The notes under the pieces: generated by a model | What the model was told of the DNA's origin: nothing | What the model saw: only the letters and a program-made list of their open reading frames with translations | Databases searched by the model: none | DNA from: an uncultured Nitrososphaeraceae archaeon | GTDB taxonomy: Archaea > Thermoproteota > Nitrososphaeria > Nitrososphaerales > Nitrososphaeraceae | DNA: 64,000 nt | Direction of reading: 5' to 3' | Assembly (NCBI GenBank): GCA_963729045.1 | Contig: CAVSMN010000012.1 | Coordinates: 256,001 to 320,000, forward strand | Shown here: positions 61,148-64,000 of the stretch, piece by piece | Numbering within the stretch: the stretch's first letter is position 1 | Layout of the letters: the number at the start of each line of letters is the position of its first letter | Position numbers and translations under genes: made by a program

Positions 61148-61651
61148 ATGTTTGGAATGTCTAAACTACGCCCCGGTAATTTTGTTTTTGTAGTAAAAAG
61201 AGATGAAAATTCAAATTATGTGATAATAGGCAAGATTATTTCTGATAATGATAAAGTTTTCAAAGTTAGGGGTACCTTCTTAAAACCAGTTGGCCTGCTT
61301 GAAAGAATTAGGTCAGGGAGGGCTCAGGGAAAACCTATTGAAGCAATAAACAACCCAGAGCCTAACAATTGTATTTTCTTTATAATTGATAGGTTGGATA
61401 CTGGCGATTTCGAAGACATTATCGACCCAAAAATCGATAAGGTAATTCCAATAAATGAGAATAGATATTTTGTACTAGATGGTTGGATTAAAGAAAGCTT
61501 TTCGGAATTATTTAGTAATTACTTTAGTTCGACCTCAGATGAAGAGAAATCGGAGGCAAGGGCAATGTTGATAAAAAAAATGAATTCCTTAATGTCTCAG
61601 GAATTAAAGGAGCATGTTTATGCAGTGGCACGGAGTTCACGAATTTTATAA
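61148..61651 (+). CDS. Hypothetical protein
   Basis: 167-aa intact ORF directly upstream of rpl12. Confidence 0.7.
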   Translation: MFGMSKLRPGNFVFVVKRDENSNYVIIGKIISDNDKVFKVRGTFLKPVGLLERIRSGRAQGKPIEAINNPEPNNCIFFIIDRLDTGDFEDIIDPKIDKVIPINENRYFVLDGWIKESFSELFSNYFSSTSDEEKSEARAMLIKKMNSLMSQELKEHVYAVARSSRIL

Positions 61652-61688
61652 AGTTTTATATTATGGACTTGTCAAATTTTCTTTTATC

Positions 61689-62000
61689 ATGGAATATGTA
61701 TATGCTGCTTTATTATTACATAAATTAAAGCAAGATGTCAATGAAGATAATGTAAAAAATGTAATTAAATCAACTGGTGTTGAACCCGATGATGTTAGAG
61801 TTAAATCATTGGTTGCTGCTTTAAGTGAAGTTAACATTGAGGATGCATTAAAGGCTGCTCCAATAGCCGCCGCTGCTCCAGCAAGTGCACAAGCTACCCC
61901 GGCCGCTTCAGGCTCAGGAGCCGCAGCAAAAGAGGACGAGAAGAAGGAAGAGAAGAAAGAAGAAGAAGCATTAGAAGGCTTATCTTCTCTTTTCGGCTAA
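61689..62000 (+). CDS. rpl12: 50S ribosomal protein P1/L12 (archaeal stalk)
   Basis: MEYVYAALLLH start (ATG 61689), Ala-rich hinge and EEEALEGLSSLFG tail. Confidence 0.97.
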   Translation: MEYVYAALLLHKLKQDVNEDNVKNVIKSTGVEPDDVRVKSLVAALSEVNIEDALKAAPIAAAAPASAQATPAASGSGAAAKEDEKKEEKKEEEALEGLSSLFG

Positions 62001-62225
62001 TCTTTATCCATTTTTTTATATTAGAATTATTATATTTATCAGATCATTTTACCAATTCTAGTTCGATATTTTAATCGTTAAAAGTTCCAGAGCAATATAG
62101 AGCCATATAGATCACTGATATCCTGATGGTAGCATACTAGGAAAATAACAGAAAACAGAGCGTAGATACAAAAATAGAATAGTAATTTTGAATTCGAATA
62201 AGGATTACTATTTAAAAAATAAGGA

Positions 62226-63128
62226 TCAATTATTGGAAGAAAACCCTTTGGAATCCAACTGGTGAGCCAGATTTGCAGCAATTGCGTTGGCCTTTAGAAT
62301 CACCAGTTCAATCGTGTCAGGCGAAGTATATCCAGATTCTGAAGCTAAGGACAATGCATGTTGTTTTGCTTTTAAGAGGATTAATGGCATTGATTCCTTT
62401 GTAAAGTAAACTGCCTCTACTGAAAGGGATAAAGCCTCTTGGAAGGATTTTATTAACTCCTGCACGTAATCTGAAACTACTATCTTTAGGTCCTTTTCCT
62501 TAAATTCGAGCCCTTCAGAAATTGCAAAATTAACTGAAACTCCTGCTTCGATTGGTTTTACATCCAACTTACTTAATAAAGCTGCTAACTTTTGCGGGAT
62601 AACATCACCTGCTTTAGCGACAATCGTGTCTTTAGAAACCCATATTGTCCCTTGATCTATCTTGGTAGGGACATTAGATTCTTTGAACTCTGACAAAACT
62701 GGACCTGGATTTATCCCTGTATTGCCAGCGGGAATGACAAGTTCATTAGGGGCAATATCGCCGCCTTTAGCTGCCATGAATATTTTGTTTTTATCAAAAG
62801 TTAAATTCATTTTAAATGGACTAAGGTTGGTAAACATCAATGCGCATTGGCCTTCTAGCTCCTTGTTGAGAAATTCCAACCCTTTAACATCCTTAAAAAT
62901 TTCTTCAAAAGCTCTTTGAGCAACCTTGTTTTTTATAGTTATTATCTTGATCTCGTTTCTGAATTTTTTCCTTATTGCCATGAGTTGAGCTGACCTTACT
63001 TTTGTCATCCTAGAGAGTGCAATTACATTATAAGATTTTGCTAGGTTTTGCAAATTTTGATATAAATTAACTTTCCTTTCTGGATAAGATGTTCTTCCTA
63101 ACTTATTGATGATAGCTGTTTGACTCAT
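62226..63128 (-). CDS. rpl10: 50S ribosomal protein L10 (P0)
   Basis: KN......A, L.GQ.AL.FTN..PF, AK.G.IAP....PAG.TG..PGP and L.KL...P...G. Confidence 0.96.
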   Translation of the reverse strand: MSQTAIINKLGRTSYPERKVNLYQNLQNLAKSYNVIALSRMTKVRSAQLMAIRKKFRNEIKIITIKNKVAQRAFEEIFKDVKGLEFLNKELEGQCALMFTNLSPFKMNLTFDKNKIFMAAKGGDIAPNELVIPAGNTGINPGPVLSEFKESNVPTKIDQGTIWVSKDTIVAKAGDVIPQKLAALLSKLDVKPIEAGVSVNFAISEGLEFKEKDLKIVVSDYVQELIKSFQEALSLSVEAVYFTKESMPLILLKAKQHALSLASESGYTSPDTIELVILKANAIAANLAHQLDSKGFSSNN

Positions 63129-63146
63129 TACGATTATCCCTATCGC

Positions 63147-63800
63147 TTATTTTCCAAGGGTACTTGCTTTTAATGCTTTACCCATGGTAAATTTTATTAT
63201 AGCATTTCTAAAGTTCTTTTCTCCTTGAGGGAGTTTTTTTTCAACGGAAGCGATGACCGCACTGGCATTTGCTACCAGCTGCTCATCGGTCATTGACTCG
63301 TCTCCTATTTTTGTTGACATATTTAATTGATTTTTGGATCGTATTCGTGTTGATGATCTTAACCTTGATGCTATGTTTTCTATGGGTGCGCCGTAGGGAA
63401 CAGGAGTAGGCATTTTACCTTTTGGACCCAAAAACTGACCTAATGATCGACCAACAGATGACATCAAAGTTGCATCTGCAAGGAAAAAGTCATAAGAGCG
63501 AACAATTTTTCTGGCTTCCCTTCGATTTGTTCCAATCCTATCTAGAGTATCAGGTTCCATCACCTGATCGACACCTGCTTTCTTTGCTCTTAACCCCATG
63601 TCTCCTGTTGCGAGCATACAAAGTGAAGATCCCTTCTTAGTTGGATTAGGTAATACTACTATTTCGTTGACACTAAATCCTTTTTTGACATCAATGTCTT
63701 TTAATACTAAAGTTATTTCAGCCGATTGAGCAAAATTTCTTTTTGGAGTGGCCTCTCTTGCCTTTTTTACAAGCTCCTTTAATTGATCATTGTTAAACAT
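63147..63800 (-). CDS. rpl1: 50S ribosomal protein L1
   Basis: RNF.QS.E....LK.ID, YDFF.A, LG..LGP.GKMP.P and K.TMG. ATG at 63800 (MFNND). Confidence 0.96.
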   Translation of the reverse strand: MFNNDQLKELVKKAREATPKRNFAQSAEITLVLKDIDVKKGFSVNEIVVLPNPTKKGSSLCMLATGDMGLRAKKAGVDQVMEPDTLDRIGTNRREARKIVRSYDFFLADATLMSSVGRSLGQFLGPKGKMPTPVPYGAPIENIASRLRSSTRIRSKNQLNMSTKIGDESMTDEQLVANASAVIASVEKKLPQGEKNFRNAIIKFTMGKALKASTLGK

Positions 63801-64000
63801 GAATATATAATGTAGACGCGCAAAGGCCATTTAAAATCGTTTTTACGACAATTCAAATGTACGGTGACAGTCACTCGCCATCCTAACTGGATCCAGTATT
63901 TTTTCCCATTTTCTGGTCAGCCTCGTATTCCATAATCCCTATTGACTGCATCCCTTCATGCCAATTTTGCCAGATCATAATTCAGAGTCTTGTCATTAAT

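Noticed and set aside
62078..62281. 67-aa hydrophobic ORF after rpl10
   Set aside because: It overlaps the rpl10 3' end in another frame and has no recognisable family. Evidence is insufficient.
63850..64000. Possible C/D-box sRNA or gene end upstream of rpl1 (ATGA.../CTGA motifs on the minus strand)
   Set aside because: The C box is not a good RTGATGA match, I could not identify a target, and the region is cut by the window edge.

Overview
This is a low-GC archaeal chromosome segment made almost entirely of core genes. It carries eS25, eS24, eS31, uL1, uL10, P1/P2, Rpo6, TFB, Gar1, Alba, SRP19/54, aRF1, aCPSF1, Pus10, Dph6, EndA and PINA. It also carries CofE, an F420-type luciferase-like oxidoreductase and a methylmalonyl-CoA mutase/MeaB pair. 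That content points to an ammonia-oxidising archaeon (Nitrososphaerota, probably Nitrosocosmicus-like; this is inference). It also encodes amino-acid and purine biosynthesis (thrC fragment, trpE, hom, cysM-tusA, serB, ilvB-ilvN-leuA-leuB, purS, purN), one tRNA-Thr(TGT) and several hypothetical proteins. I found no transposase, integrase, CRISPR array or rRNA. About 16 genes, including essential ones (argS, aRF1, endA, trxB), are broken by single-base indels, often in homopolymers. This most likely reflects assembly error, so I re-joined them by hand. The most notable result is a ~591-aa tandem-SDR protein (21505-23282) that the ORF track splits into three pieces. It carries the YxxRxxY and PGPxxSDRI signatures of Chloroflexus-type malonyl-CoA reductase and sits divergently from the F420-type oxidoreductase. 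It is a candidate for an unassigned reductive step of the thaumarchaeal 3HP/4HB carbon-fixation cycle. Three small genes missing from the ORF track were recovered (a C2H2-like microprotein, a Zn-ribbon microprotein and SecE), along with a perfect 14-bp-arm palindrome. All family calls come from motif recognition, not database searches.
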